Shown here piece after piece: positions 10,942 through 20,756 of a stretch of DNA of 64,000 bases. Position 1 is the first letter of the stretch, and each line of letters starts with the position of its first letter. The stretch covers positions 4,960,001 to 5,024,000 of the forward strand of contig OY843751.1 in the NCBI GenBank assembly GCA_963693055.1, given 5' to 3'. The position numbers were made by a program, and so were the translations under genes. This DNA comes from a bacterium. GTDB taxonomy: Bacteria > Zhuqueibacterota > Zhuqueibacteria > Residuimicrobiales > Krinioviventaceae. A model generated the notes under the pieces. It saw nothing but the letters and a program-made list of their open reading frames with translations, was not told the origin of the DNA and made no database searches.

Positions 10942-12078
10942 TTATTGACCGCCTCTCAGGGTTTCAACAAATTCATACAATGCCAACTGCTCTTTTCGAG
11001 TCTCACAATAACTGGTCACTATCAGCTTTATTCCGGGTGCCCACAACTCGCTGATTTTTTCTTTCAATGTTTCCAGATCACCTACAATACGTGCGTTTAC
11101 AATCACACCGGTGCCCGTAAAAGTATCTCTAAACGGTGCGCAAGGATTCGGATCGGGATCCGTTTGTGCGGAAAACGCCGCGTCGATCACTTTGAGCCCG
11201 GGAATATCGCGAATAGTGGTTGCCTTGCTGCTCCAGTTTCCGCAGGAATGAAATACAGCTCCTCCAAATGCCTCGCCAATATGCTGCATTGCAGGATATT
11301 CAAATTCAACATATTGATCTGGCGAAATCATAACCGAAACATCACTGCTTAATCCCAGGCCGTTAAAAACACGACTGCTGGGAAAGCCATGACCGGGCAA
11401 TACCATTGCATCGCCAATCAGTTCTTTTTGTTTTTGAGTAAATTCTATGGTCAAATCGGTTATTACAGCTAGAAGCTTTTTCAGCGCATCAGGATTCATG
11501 ATCATATCCATGAAAAACGTATCCGTGGGGAACAAAAAAGAAGCCGCGTTTAACGATGCCTGAGAATCCGTAGGAGATATGGGTATTTTGCCACGGGTGC
11601 TTTCCAGAAAATAGTCGATCATGTTGAGAATGTGCTTACCAATGGGGGTTTCATGTACCGGAACAATCTCCCGCGCTAATGCTTCATCAATGGATTTAAA
11701 CGGGGGATGGATTGCCGGCGCGTTTCCCTCTTTCCAGTCATATTCAATGCCAAAGGCGCTTGCGGTAACACCAATGCCATACCAGGGCTCCAGAAAATTG
11801 GCAATATCTCCGGCATATTCCATGCTTTGCTGAAGCAGGCCCAGTTGAAGTGCCAGTGATTTTTTCATGTCCCTGCTGTCATAAGCAAAAACACCGGGAC
11901 TCCTAAACCGTCGGTACACCAGAATGCCCTCCGAAGCATTCCAGAACGACTGGTTATTTTCCAGCAGATATTGTTCATAATCATAATATCTTTCGATATC
12001 AAATTTTTTCGGATCCAACTCATTTCCAAGGGTTCCCTGAGAATCCGACAGGGTATAATCAAATTCTTTAGACATCAT
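10942..12078 (-). CDS. Uroporphyrinogen decarboxylase-fold (URO-D/MtaA-CmuA-like) protein
   Basis: ASAFG, DMIMNPD, SDVSVMISPDQYVEF..P, FHSCGNW. Confidence 0.7.
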   Translation of the reverse strand: MMSKEFDYTLSDSQGTLGNELDPKKFDIERYYDYEQYLLENNQSFWNASEGILVYRRFRSPGVFAYDSRDMKKSLALQLGLLQQSMEYAGDIANFLEPWYGIGVTASAFGIEYDWKEGNAPAIHPPFKSIDEALAREIVPVHETPIGKHILNMIDYFLESTRGKIPISPTDSQASLNAASFLFPTDTFFMDMIMNPDALKKLLAVITDLTIEFTQKQKELIGDAMVLPGHGFPSSRVFNGLGLSSDVSVMISPDQYVEFEYPAMQHIGEAFGGAVFHSCGNWSSKATTIRDIPGLKVIDAAFSAQTDPDPNPCAPFRDTFTGTGVIVNARIVGDLETLKEKISELWAPGIKLIVTSYCETRKEQLALYEFVETLRGGQ

Positions 12079-12138
12079 ACGCTCCCAACCGATTATGTAA
12101 TGTCCCTATCTATCTATATCAAATTTCACATCATAACA

Positions 12139-13566
12139 TCAGGTCTTATCTTTTAATGGCCACAGTTCATGATCTGTACGTGTTGTATCCAGCAACTCCT
12201 TCATTTTGGCAACAATTTGAGGATACTGGTCCGCAATATTGTTCTGCTCTTCAATATCAACAGACAGATTGTACAGTTCAACAGGCCCGGAAGGATAATG
12301 CCTCACCGCCTTCCATTCTCCCATTCTTACGGCCTGATCTGTCGCCTTGTTTTCATGAAACTCCCAATACAGGTATTCATGCTGTGGCTGCTTATTACCC
12401 AACAGTTCAGGCAAAAATGAAACACCATCAATATCTTGCGGAACATCAACTCCGGCAAGTTGACACGCCGTAGGTAAAAAGTCCCAAAATGCGGATACAT
12501 GTTTAGATGTGCTCTTTGCCTTGATCTTGCCGGGCCAACGTACCATAAACGGAACACGTATACCGCCATCATACAGATCGCGTTTATATCCACGTACAGG
12601 ACCGTTACTGTCAAAAAAGTCAGGGTCTGCACCACCTTCTTTATGAGGACCATTGTCGCTCGAAAACATGACAATAGTATTATCATCAATTCCCAATTCT
12701 TTTAACAGATCCATCATGTGGCCCACATCCCGGTCCATTCGCTCAACCATACCTGCAAAAGCGGCTTTCGGCATGAGCTGCGTTCCATAATGTCCACGAC
12801 CTCCATCTTTGGCGCTGTAATGTGGTGTTTCCTCAAACTTGCCCTTGAAAGGACCAATAGAATCTTCCGGTACCAGCAATTCCGCATGCGGAATGGTAAA
12901 GGGAACATATAAAAAAAACGGCTCATCTTTGTGGCGTTTTATAAAATCGAGCGTTTCGTTAGCAATCAGGTCATGGGTATATTGTTGCTGTTTACCATCC
13001 TGGTTTCCTTCAAGCGTGATCTTTTCACCATTTTTCCAGAGATAATCTGTATAATAGAAATGAGCATGTCCCTGGTTCAGGTACCCCATAAACTCGTCAA
13101 ATCCCTGCTTGTCCGGTTGACCGGTAGTGGTCATTACACCCAAACTCCACTTGCCGAAAACTCCGGTGGCATAGCCGGCAGGTTTCAACAATTCAGCAAC
13201 GGTAACATCCTGCGGACGCAATTCCAAACACGCACCAAATCCATGCGGACCGGATTCATAGTTTCCGCGTACGCGGGAATGCCCGGTATGGAACCCGGTC
13301 ATCAAGCTGCATCGCGAAGGTGCACAAACTGTACTTCCTGCGTAATGATCAGTAAATTTCATCCCCTCTGCGGCCAATCTGTCAAGATTGGGAGTATTAA
13401 AATGCGTTTGTCCATAACATCCCAAATCTCCATAGCCCAGATCATCCGCAAGAATATAAATAATATTGGGTTTAGCTGCGGATTTGGAACAGGAAGTAAA
13501 ACCTAATGGCAGCGCGGCAATTCCAGCAATACCGCACAATTGTTTCATAAATTGTCTGCGATTCAT
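12139..13566 (-). CDS. Arylsulfatase (Cys-type), Tat lipoprotein
   Basis: RRQF signal, PNIIYILADDLGYGD, CAPSRCSLMTG, GKW, SDNG, GGIRVP. Confidence 0.95.
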   Translation of the reverse strand: MNRRQFMKQLCGIAGIAALPLGFTSCSKSAAKPNIIYILADDLGYGDLGCYGQTHFNTPNLDRLAAEGMKFTDHYAGSTVCAPSRCSLMTGFHTGHSRVRGNYESGPHGFGACLELRPQDVTVAELLKPAGYATGVFGKWSLGVMTTTGQPDKQGFDEFMGYLNQGHAHFYYTDYLWKNGEKITLEGNQDGKQQQYTHDLIANETLDFIKRHKDEPFFLYVPFTIPHAELLVPEDSIGPFKGKFEETPHYSAKDGGRGHYGTQLMPKAAFAGMVERMDRDVGHMMDLLKELGIDDNTIVMFSSDNGPHKEGGADPDFFDSNGPVRGYKRDLYDGGIRVPFMVRWPGKIKAKSTSKHVSAFWDFLPTACQLAGVDVPQDIDGVSFLPELLGNKQPQHEYLYWEFHENKATDQAVRMGEWKAVRHYPSGPVELYNLSVDIEEQNNIADQYPQIVAKMKELLDTTRTDHELWPLKDKT

Positions 13567-13591
13567 ATTTACCCGATTCTTTTCATAGCAA

Positions 13592-14431
13592 TTATTTTAA
13601 ATAATCAAGCGTCGTTAAAAACTGGTCCATTTCTTCTACTGTTTTAATATAATATTTGTTTTCAAATTTCCCATAATTAAAAAAACCATGTCCCACATCA
13701 GGAAAAGTAATCAGCTCACATGTGTTGCCGTTTTCGTGCATAAGACGACAAAAACGTTCTACATTTTCAACCGGTACTGTGGTATCACTCTGTCCATGAA
13801 ATATAATTGTGGGAGGTATGCCCGCTCTTACATGATGTACAGGCGAGATCTGTTCCCAGTTTTCTCCACATTTTCCCTTGCCATACCCCTTTTCAGACGT
13901 ATCAATTACAGGATTATACAACACCAGGGCATTGGGAACAGAACTGACAGATAAATCTTCATCTGGCGAATCAAATCCCTCAATCACGGCGGTACATGCT
14001 GCCACATGTCCTCCGGCGGAACCACCGCCAGCCGCAATCATATCTGGAGCTACACCCAGGTCACCAGCATGACTGCGTATCCAGCGAACTGCGGATTTGC
14101 CATCGGTTACACAATCAAAGGGTGTGGTACCATGCTTATCTTTGATACGGTATTCCGCACAAATCGCAACCATTCCCCGCGAGGCAAGATGTTTACTGTG
14201 CTCATAAAAATGTTTGGCTGTGCCATGTGTCCAGCCGCCTCCAAAAAAGAAAACAATTGCCGGTAATGGTTCACTATCTGATTGGGTGGGTTTAAAAACA
14301 TGTAAATTCAACCGGGTTGTATCAATTTGCTTGTATTGGACAATCTCCAAAGTGTATTTCTTTGGGTCCTGCGCATAAAGAAAAGACACCCCAACAAAAA
14401 AGAAAACCAGAATAAATCGCACAATCTTCAA
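13592..14431 (-). CDS. Secreted alpha/beta hydrolase (esterase/lipase)
   Basis: FFGGGW oxyanion motif, GGSAGG nucleophile, D..VP, HGFF; TTG start. Confidence 0.85.
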   Translation of the reverse strand: MKIVRFILVFFFVGVSFLYAQDPKKYTLEIVQYKQIDTTRLNLHVFKPTQSDSEPLPAIVFFFGGGWTHGTAKHFYEHSKHLASRGMVAICAEYRIKDKHGTTPFDCVTDGKSAVRWIRSHAGDLGVAPDMIAAGGGSAGGHVAACTAVIEGFDSPDEDLSVSSVPNALVLYNPVIDTSEKGYGKGKCGENWEQISPVHHVRAGIPPTIIFHGQSDTTVPVENVERFCRLMHENGNTCELITFPDVGHGFFNYGKFENKYYIKTVEEMDQFLTTLDYLK

Positions 14432-14529
14432 ATAAACACCTCAATATTTTAAAAAAGTGATTGATATGTCATCGAATATTATACAATAACATCACGTATA
14501 ATTTAAGACAAAACAGTGCTCTAAAATAA

Positions 14530-14565
14530 AAATGCGGGATATATTACAAATCATATCCCGCATTT
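14530..14565 (-). terminator. Intrinsic terminator
   Basis: AAATGCGGGATAT...ATATCCCGCATTT hairpin followed by a T-rich tract on the minus strand. Confidence 0.75.
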
Positions 14566-14585
14566 ATTGAATATCTAATAAATCA

Positions 14586-14780
14586 TCAATCTTTTTTCTT
14601 GTCCGCAATCAGCCAAAAGGGAGAGAAAACAAACCATAGCAGGGTGCTGATATTTGTAATGATTATAAATAATTCTTTGCTCTGATTTCCCAGGAACACC
14701 TGGGTAGCAAACAATAGGATCATTACAAGAGCAAATATAGAAACAAAAGGTGCCAGTTTACGCATAATTTTTGTGAACAT
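14586..14780 (-). CDS. Small two-TM membrane protein
   Basis: 64 aa hydrophobic ORF with GAGGAG RBS, directly after the permease. Confidence 0.65.
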   Translation of the reverse strand: MFTKIMRKLAPFVSIFALVMILLFATQVFLGNQSKELFIIITNISTLLWFVFSPFWLIADKKKD

Positions 14781-14798
14781 TTTTTTCTCCTCTCGTGG

Positions 14799-16163
14799 TT
14801 AAGCTTTTTTCAGGTTAACGGCATAGCTCAGTCCAATATATAAAATTTGAGCAATAAAATAACCTGGCAGCCATTTAAAAAACATATCCAGGGGAAGGAT
14901 AAACACAATAATCAGCGTAGCGGCCCAGGTAACCAGGGCTGGCCAGTTGATAAACAACTTTTGGGTTTCCGCACGATATTGCGGCAATCCCAGCTTGGGG
15001 ATGAGCCAATGTTCTGCAAAAACAACTGCACCCATAGGCATAAGAATTAATCCATAAAGAGCTACAAAATCCAGCAAACGGGTAAATACCAGTGGAAAAC
15101 ATGCAACCGCAGAGGTTACCAATCCCGCAACCAATGTCACTTTCCAGCGCTGCCAGTTGGGTGTAACCACCTGAAGCGCGAGTCCGGCACGGTACATGGT
15201 AGGATTAGATGTTGTCCAACCCGCGATAACTACAGCAACTGCACCTGAAAAACCTGCGGCAGCAAAAGCCATCATACCGGGATTCATATCACGTGCAACA
15301 GCGGCAACCATAATTCCCGAACAAATCCAGGCTAAAAAGTGACCGGGGTACATACCAAAAGCGCTGTAAAAGCCGTATTTCCAGTTTTTAGCATATCGTA
15401 AAGTCGCCATATCCGCAAGCCCTACGTGCATAGCAAGATTTGCAAACCAGGCAAAAAACAATATATGCCACATGGTATATTTCTGTTGACCGGGAGTTGG
15501 TACACCCGTCCAGATCTTGGTTTCAGCAATATGCCAGAAATCAGAAAAGCTGTGAATATGACCCAGGCTGGGCAGTAATGCAAGGGCGCCTGCAATAAAA
15601 ATTGCAAACATCCAGGGAGAACAAACAGAAGAAAATTTACTCACTTTATCAAAACCCAGAATGGCAAACAAGGTTACTATAGCTCCAACAAACAATGTAA
15701 TCACAACCCAGCCAACACTGTTGGGCAAAACATCTGTTAGCGCAGGGGTGGGCACATTAAAAGCAAGCCCCACCGCGCTTGCGGAAACAGAGATCATTGC
15801 ACCGGCTAGCACACAGTATAAAAATGCGTTTATGATATTATAAATAATTGTAACACCGGGTCCGGCTACCTTTCGAAGATACCAGTACAACGTCAAACGG
15901 GTACGAACAGCAATAGGGGCAACAATAAAACCCCAAGACAAAACAGCCAAAAGATTTCCAATAAGCAAACCAATAAACAGGTCTTTGGCTGCAACACCAT
16001 GTATTACAAACATGGCACCAATTACAAACTCGGTTGCCGCAACATGCTCACCTGCAAACAGACCAATAAACCGGCCTGATCCATGCAACTTGTCTTCAGT
16101 AACCGGTTGACGGTCAAATTCAAACAAGGCATCTAAACGTTTTGCTAATGTAGTTTTTTCCAT
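14799..16163 (-). CDS. Purine-cytosine permease (NCS1-like) family transporter
   Basis: About 12 TM segments; AGEHVAATEF and AGWTTSNPTMYRAGLA motifs. Confidence 0.75.
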   Translation of the reverse strand: MEKTTLAKRLDALFEFDRQPVTEDKLHGSGRFIGLFAGEHVAATEFVIGAMFVIHGVAAKDLFIGLLIGNLLAVLSWGFIVAPIAVRTRLTLYWYLRKVAGPGVTIIYNIINAFLYCVLAGAMISVSASAVGLAFNVPTPALTDVLPNSVGWVVITLFVGAIVTLFAILGFDKVSKFSSVCSPWMFAIFIAGALALLPSLGHIHSFSDFWHIAETKIWTGVPTPGQQKYTMWHILFFAWFANLAMHVGLADMATLRYAKNWKYGFYSAFGMYPGHFLAWICSGIMVAAVARDMNPGMMAFAAAGFSGAVAVVIAGWTTSNPTMYRAGLALQVVTPNWQRWKVTLVAGLVTSAVACFPLVFTRLLDFVALYGLILMPMGAVVFAEHWLIPKLGLPQYRAETQKLFINWPALVTWAATLIIVFILPLDMFFKWLPGYFIAQILYIGLSYAVNLKKA

Positions 16164-16188
16164 TCCCAACCTTTTTTTTAAATGTTAA

Positions 16189-17412
16189 CTACTGACGTTC
16201 TTTTTCAATCTTTTCCTGATACCCACTTTCAACATATGCAGTAACCGGATCAAGTGGTAAATTGTTTTCCAAACGTGCCGCACCCACCAGAGGTCTTACA
16301 TCGGCATTCATCATTGCATTATTGAATATACGATTTGCCAGAATGATCTCATCCTTATCCTGGAATTTTGCCAATGCATCACTGTCTACAAGTGCAGCTT
16401 TTGCTAATGAAATCTGTAAAGAATCGATAGAATGTAAAATAGCATGAATACGGTTTTCACGACTGCTGCACTGATCTATCATATATGCCCAATTCTTTGA
16501 AGCATCAGAATTCACAATAACATTTCCTGCAACCAATTCATAAAAAATACGTGCCATCTCACCATTAGGTTCAACAGAATGATCATCATCCGCTGCATAG
16601 CGTGTATTGAAATGGAATCCACATTTCATGTCATCATTAATGAGGCGGGCAACAATCTGCTCAATATTGGTAGCATGTGCATGGTGGCCCAAATCTACCA
16701 GAACACCTGTATTGCCACCGGCTTTTTTCGCCATCATGTATGCGCTGCCCCAATCAGACAATACGGTGCTATAGGTACCGGGTTCAAAAACTTTGTACTC
16801 GATTAGGATGGAAACGTCATTACTGATTTTGGAACGCATTTCAACAATCCCGGATTCTAAATTATCATATGCTTTCCGTAATTCCAACTGTCCAGGATAC
16901 GCGGAACCATCAGGAAGCCACAAGGTAACCAGCTTGTCACCAAATTTTTCCGCAATCTCACCCGCCATTAGAGATTGATCAATGTATCTTTTACGGGTTT
17001 CCTGTTCTGTTGCTGAAATACTGCCACGATGAGAACCCCGTAAAAAATAGGTCGGGCTAATTGATCCAATACGCAAACCGCGCGCGCTTGTTTCTTTTGC
17101 TACGTTTTCCGCAATCTTTACGTCCGATTCCATACAATCATCGGAAAAATCCCACAACATGTGCATAGCAACTGAATCTGCAGCACCGGTAATTTTGTTA
17201 ACCATAGCAGCATCATCCAGTTTTTCTAAAATCGTTCTGCCAAACGCTGGTGGCATATAGTCGCCAAAACGTCCACCACCAAATTCTCCAAATATCCAGC
17301 TGGGTATCTCTATCCGAAAGCGGGCCACTTTATCTATCGCGTCTTTTACTCTTTCTTTACCAAATTCGAGTTCCAACAGCTGAACTCCCAATGTAATTTG
17401 TTTTTCATTCAT
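16189..17412 (-). CDS. L-rhamnose isomerase-like sugar isomerase (xylose isomerase TIM barrel)
   Basis: IEIPSW, LWLPDG, IEYKVFEP, DLGHH, HFN..YAADDD, MIDQ; alternative start at 17436. Confidence 0.8.
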   Translation of the reverse strand: MNEKQITLGVQLLELEFGKERVKDAIDKVARFRIEIPSWIFGEFGGGRFGDYMPPAFGRTILEKLDDAAMVNKITGAADSVAMHMLWDFSDDCMESDVKIAENVAKETSARGLRIGSISPTYFLRGSHRGSISATEQETRKRYIDQSLMAGEIAEKFGDKLVTLWLPDGSAYPGQLELRKAYDNLESGIVEMRSKISNDVSILIEYKVFEPGTYSTVLSDWGSAYMMAKKAGGNTGVLVDLGHHAHATNIEQIVARLINDDMKCGFHFNTRYAADDDHSVEPNGEMARIFYELVAGNVIVNSDASKNWAYMIDQCSSRENRIHAILHSIDSLQISLAKAALVDSDALAKFQDKDEIILANRIFNNAMMNADVRPLVGAARLENNLPLDPVTAYVESGYQEKIEKERQ

Positions 17413-17448
17413 TGCAATTCCTGTTTTTTTATACATATTTAAATGTTG

Positions 17449-18474
17449 TTATAATTTTCTTTTTATACCAATGTCATGGTATATTAATTTTGATTTGATA
17501 ATTTTATGGACCGGTTTCTTGTGTTTTGCTGGATTGTCTATCAGACCTACCATCATATCTACTGCCATACTACCAATTTTATAAGGATATTGATAAACAG
17601 TCAAAAAAGGAACACCCAGACGCGCTACAATATCATTATCACCAAACTCGGTAATAGCAATATCATTGGGAATGTCATACCCTGCATCGAGAATGGCCTT
17701 TCCCGCACCATATGCAATCATACCACCTACGCACATAACCGCATCAAACGGGATGTTTTTTTTGATAAATTCTTTGATACTGTTATAAGCATTTATCTGG
17801 TCAATCTCACAAGGGATGACCAAATCCGGGTCAAACGCTAATCCATTTTCATCCAAGCCCTTTTGATAACCGGCATATCTGTTTTTCAAAACGGAAATTC
17901 CACTGGTGGGTCCTAAATACAAGATACGTTTTTTTTCGTCAGCAACCAATTTTTCAATCACGATAACGGCTGCATGCTCATCATCAATAGTTACCGAATT
18001 AAATCCCAATGTGTCCAAAGATCGGTCATAAGAAACAAATGGGATTCCCATTTTTTGCGTATCTTTAAGAATACCATGATTGGCATTGCCCGGAACAGCA
18101 TCAATCAATATACCGTCAACTGCCAGGGATGACAGAAACTCGAGGTTTTTTCGTTCATTCTCTGCATTCTCATCATTAACCATGATAATTGCTTCATACC
18201 CATATCGACGAACACGCTCATATATGCCTCGAACACATTCCGAAAAAAAAGAAATTTGTAAATTGGGCACAATAACACCCAGCATAAATGTGCGTTTGCT
18301 TACCAGGCTTCTCGCCATAATATTGGGACGGTATCCCATCTTTGCGGCAAGGGCTTTAACTTTTTTTCGGGTTTCAATAGAGATATCATTGCTGTCACGG
18401 AGGGCTTTGGAAATAGTCGCAGGAGTTACATTTAATATTTGCGCAAGCTGTTTTAATGTGACTTTTTGTGACAT
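17449..18474 (-). CDS. LacI-family transcriptional regulator
   Basis: VTLKQLAQILNVTPATISKAL HTH; YRPNIMARSL hinge; periplasmic-binding-protein core. Confidence 0.95.
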   Translation of the reverse strand: MSQKVTLKQLAQILNVTPATISKALRDSNDISIETRKKVKALAAKMGYRPNIMARSLVSKRTFMLGVIVPNLQISFFSECVRGIYERVRRYGYEAIIMVNDENAENERKNLEFLSSLAVDGILIDAVPGNANHGILKDTQKMGIPFVSYDRSLDTLGFNSVTIDDEHAAVIVIEKLVADEKKRILYLGPTSGISVLKNRYAGYQKGLDENGLAFDPDLVIPCEIDQINAYNSIKEFIKKNIPFDAVMCVGGMIAYGAGKAILDAGYDIPNDIAITEFGDNDIVARLGVPFLTVYQYPYKIGSMAVDMMVGLIDNPAKHKKPVHKIIKSKLIYHDIGIKRKL

Positions 18475-18547
18475 AAAATCTCTAATTTTAACATAAAATA
18501 TGCGAATTGATCTTGTATTTCCCCCAATTGCTAAATTTTCAACCAAA

Positions 18548-18561
18548 CTTAAACGTTTGCG
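18548..18561. promoter_or_regulatory. Putative LacI-type operator
   Basis: AAACGTTT palindrome with central CG at 18551-18558, about 75 bp upstream of the LacI gene. Confidence 0.5.
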
Positions 18562-18721
18562 ATAAAACCAACAAAAACATAAACAAATTTGAGAAATTAG
18601 TCAAGTTTTTTTTATGTAAATCCTTGATTATTTTTATTTTTTCTCTTGATTTCACCTGTTCAATTCTTTATCTTTTTGTCCAGTGACTGGCCCACCAAAC
18701 AATTTAATGCAAGGAGTTGAT

Positions 18722-20713
18722 ATGGAACCTACCAAAACTTCTCTTCCGGAAAATGCGTACAGAACGCTGAAAGAGGGTGAAACCTATCAGCCTGTCGTTC
18801 CCGATGATAAACCCCTTCGGGAAATTTCAGCCTATTCTCTGATTTCCGGATTATTTTACGCGGCCCTGTTTTCTATGGCCGCTGCTTACCTGGGACTCAA
18901 AATCGGACAAGTGTTTGAAGCCGCTATTCCCATTGCTATTTTAGCTGTGGGTGCATCTACTTTTTTCAAACGCAAAAACTCTCTTTCCGAAAATGTCATG
19001 ATCCAGTCTATTGGGTCCGCTTCAGGTGTAATCGTTGCCGGCGCCATTTTTACATTGCCCGCCATTTATATCCTGGGACTTGAAGCTTCCTTTTTCCAGA
19101 TATTTTTCGCGTCACTGTTTGGCGGTTTTTTGGGCATTCTTTTTCTAATTCCCTTTCGCAAGTATTTCGTACAAGATATGCACGGACAGTTTCCCTTTCC
19201 CGAAGCTACCGCAACCACCGAAGTATTGATCGCCGGAGAAGCCGGTGGCGATCAGGCCAAAATTCTGCTAAAAGCTATGGCCATTGGAGGTATTTACGAC
19301 TTTATAATCAGCAAATTCTACTGGTGGAGTGAGGTTTTTGAAAGCCGTGCAATACCGTTTCTTACCGGTCTTGCCGACAACCTTAAACTTGTCTTTCGTC
19401 TCAATGTTGGCGCTGCTGTTATGGGTTTGGGATACATTATTGGTTTGAAATATTCTGCCATTATTGCAGCAGGCTCTTTTCTGTCATGGTTTGTGTTCAT
19501 CCCTGTGGTTTACTATTTTGGTCAACACGCGCCTGCTATTATTGGCAGTACCGCTTCTGACCTCATTGCAAACATGTCTGCCGAACAGATCTTTTCCGAA
19601 TATGTTCGCCATATCGGTATTGGCGGTATAGCTTGCGCCGGTATTCTGGGAATTATCAAATCCTCCAGTATCATAGGCGGAGCGCTTTCACTGGCCTGGA
19701 AAGAAATGACCGGTGGCAGAAAAGGCGGAAAAGCAACTACATCCCGAATGGGCAAAGATATTCCCATGGGTCTTGTAGGCTTGTTGACTGTTTTAACAGC
19801 TATTTTTATTTTTGTTTTCTTTGCTGTAGGTGTTGTAAGCAACATCTGGCACGCGGTTGTTGGCATTCTCATTGTAATGATCATTGCATTCCTGTTCACT
19901 ACTGTGGCGGCACGGGCCATCGCCATTGTGGGAACCAACCCTGTATCCGGTATGACATTAATGACCCTGATCCTGTCATCCTTTATCCTGGTCAAAGTCG
20001 GACTTACCGGAACCACCGGAATGCTCTCGGCACTTATCATTGGTGGTGTTGTTTGTACAGCATTGTCCATGTCTGGTGCATTTGTAACAGATTTAAAGAT
20101 CGGCTACTGGCTCGGTACTACACCCATTACCCAGCAGAAATATAAATTTTTGGGTACCCTGGTTGCCGCGGCATCGGTAGGTTTTGTAATCATGATGCTG
20201 AACGAAACTTATGGATTCGTGGGCGAAGGCGCTCTGGTAGCTCCACAGGCAAACGCCATGGCCGCTGTCATTAAACCGCTCATGTCTAACCAGCCCGCTC
20301 CCTGGATGCTCTATATCACTGGTGCTATCTTTGCCCTGCTGTTAGAGATGGTTGGCGTTCCCCCGCTGGCTTTTGCACTGGGCATGTATATTCCTCAAGA
20401 CTTTAATACACCTATCCTGGCTGGTGGTTTAATCTCTTATTTTGTACTGAAAAGCAGCAAAGTTGAAGCGGTTATCAATAAACGCCGCGAACGCGGTACC
20501 CTCATCGCTTCCGGGTTCATAGCCGGTGGCGCTATTATGGGTGTTTTAGCTGCATTCATGAAATATGTGGGATTCGATGAAATCCCTTGGGTACAACCCA
20601 TTTTAACGGAACACTGGGCCGAAAGCCACGGCGGCGAACTGCTGGCACTGGCATTTTTCCTTTTGCTCAGTTTCTACCTGTACTGGGATGCTAAACGAGT
20701 TAAAGAAGATTAA
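18722..20713 (+). CDS. OPT-family oligopeptide transporter
   Basis: YLGLKIG..FEAAIP, FPFPEATA, NPVSGMTL, DLKIGYWLG, APQANAM; AAGGAG RBS. Confidence 0.92.
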   Translation: MEPTKTSLPENAYRTLKEGETYQPVVPDDKPLREISAYSLISGLFYAALFSMAAAYLGLKIGQVFEAAIPIAILAVGASTFFKRKNSLSENVMIQSIGSASGVIVAGAIFTLPAIYILGLEASFFQIFFASLFGGFLGILFLIPFRKYFVQDMHGQFPFPEATATTEVLIAGEAGGDQAKILLKAMAIGGIYDFIISKFYWWSEVFESRAIPFLTGLADNLKLVFRLNVGAAVMGLGYIIGLKYSAIIAAGSFLSWFVFIPVVYYFGQHAPAIIGSTASDLIANMSAEQIFSEYVRHIGIGGIACAGILGIIKSSSIIGGALSLAWKEMTGGRKGGKATTSRMGKDIPMGLVGLLTVLTAIFIFVFFAVGVVSNIWHAVVGILIVMIIAFLFTTVAARAIAIVGTNPVSGMTLMTLILSSFILVKVGLTGTTGMLSALIIGGVVCTALSMSGAFVTDLKIGYWLGTTPITQQKYKFLGTLVAAASVGFVIMMLNETYGFVGEGALVAPQANAMAAVIKPLMSNQPAPWMLYITGAIFALLLEMVGVPPLAFALGMYIPQDFNTPILAGGLISYFVLKSSKVEAVINKRRERGTLIASGFIAGGAIMGVLAAFMKYVGFDEIPWVQPILTEHWAESHGGELLALAFFLLLSFYLYWDAKRVKED

Positions 20714-20741
20714 AAAAAGCCGGGGCAACCCGGCATTTTTT
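20713..20741 (+). terminator. Intrinsic terminator (bidirectional-type)
   Basis: AAAAAAGCCGGG GCAA CCCGGC ATTTTTT. Confidence 0.75.
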
Positions 20742-20756
20742 ATTATCGGGACATAA

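Noticed and set aside
10942-12078. hemE
   Set aside because: Lacks the MRQAGR motif of true uroporphyrinogen decarboxylase and has no haem-pathway context
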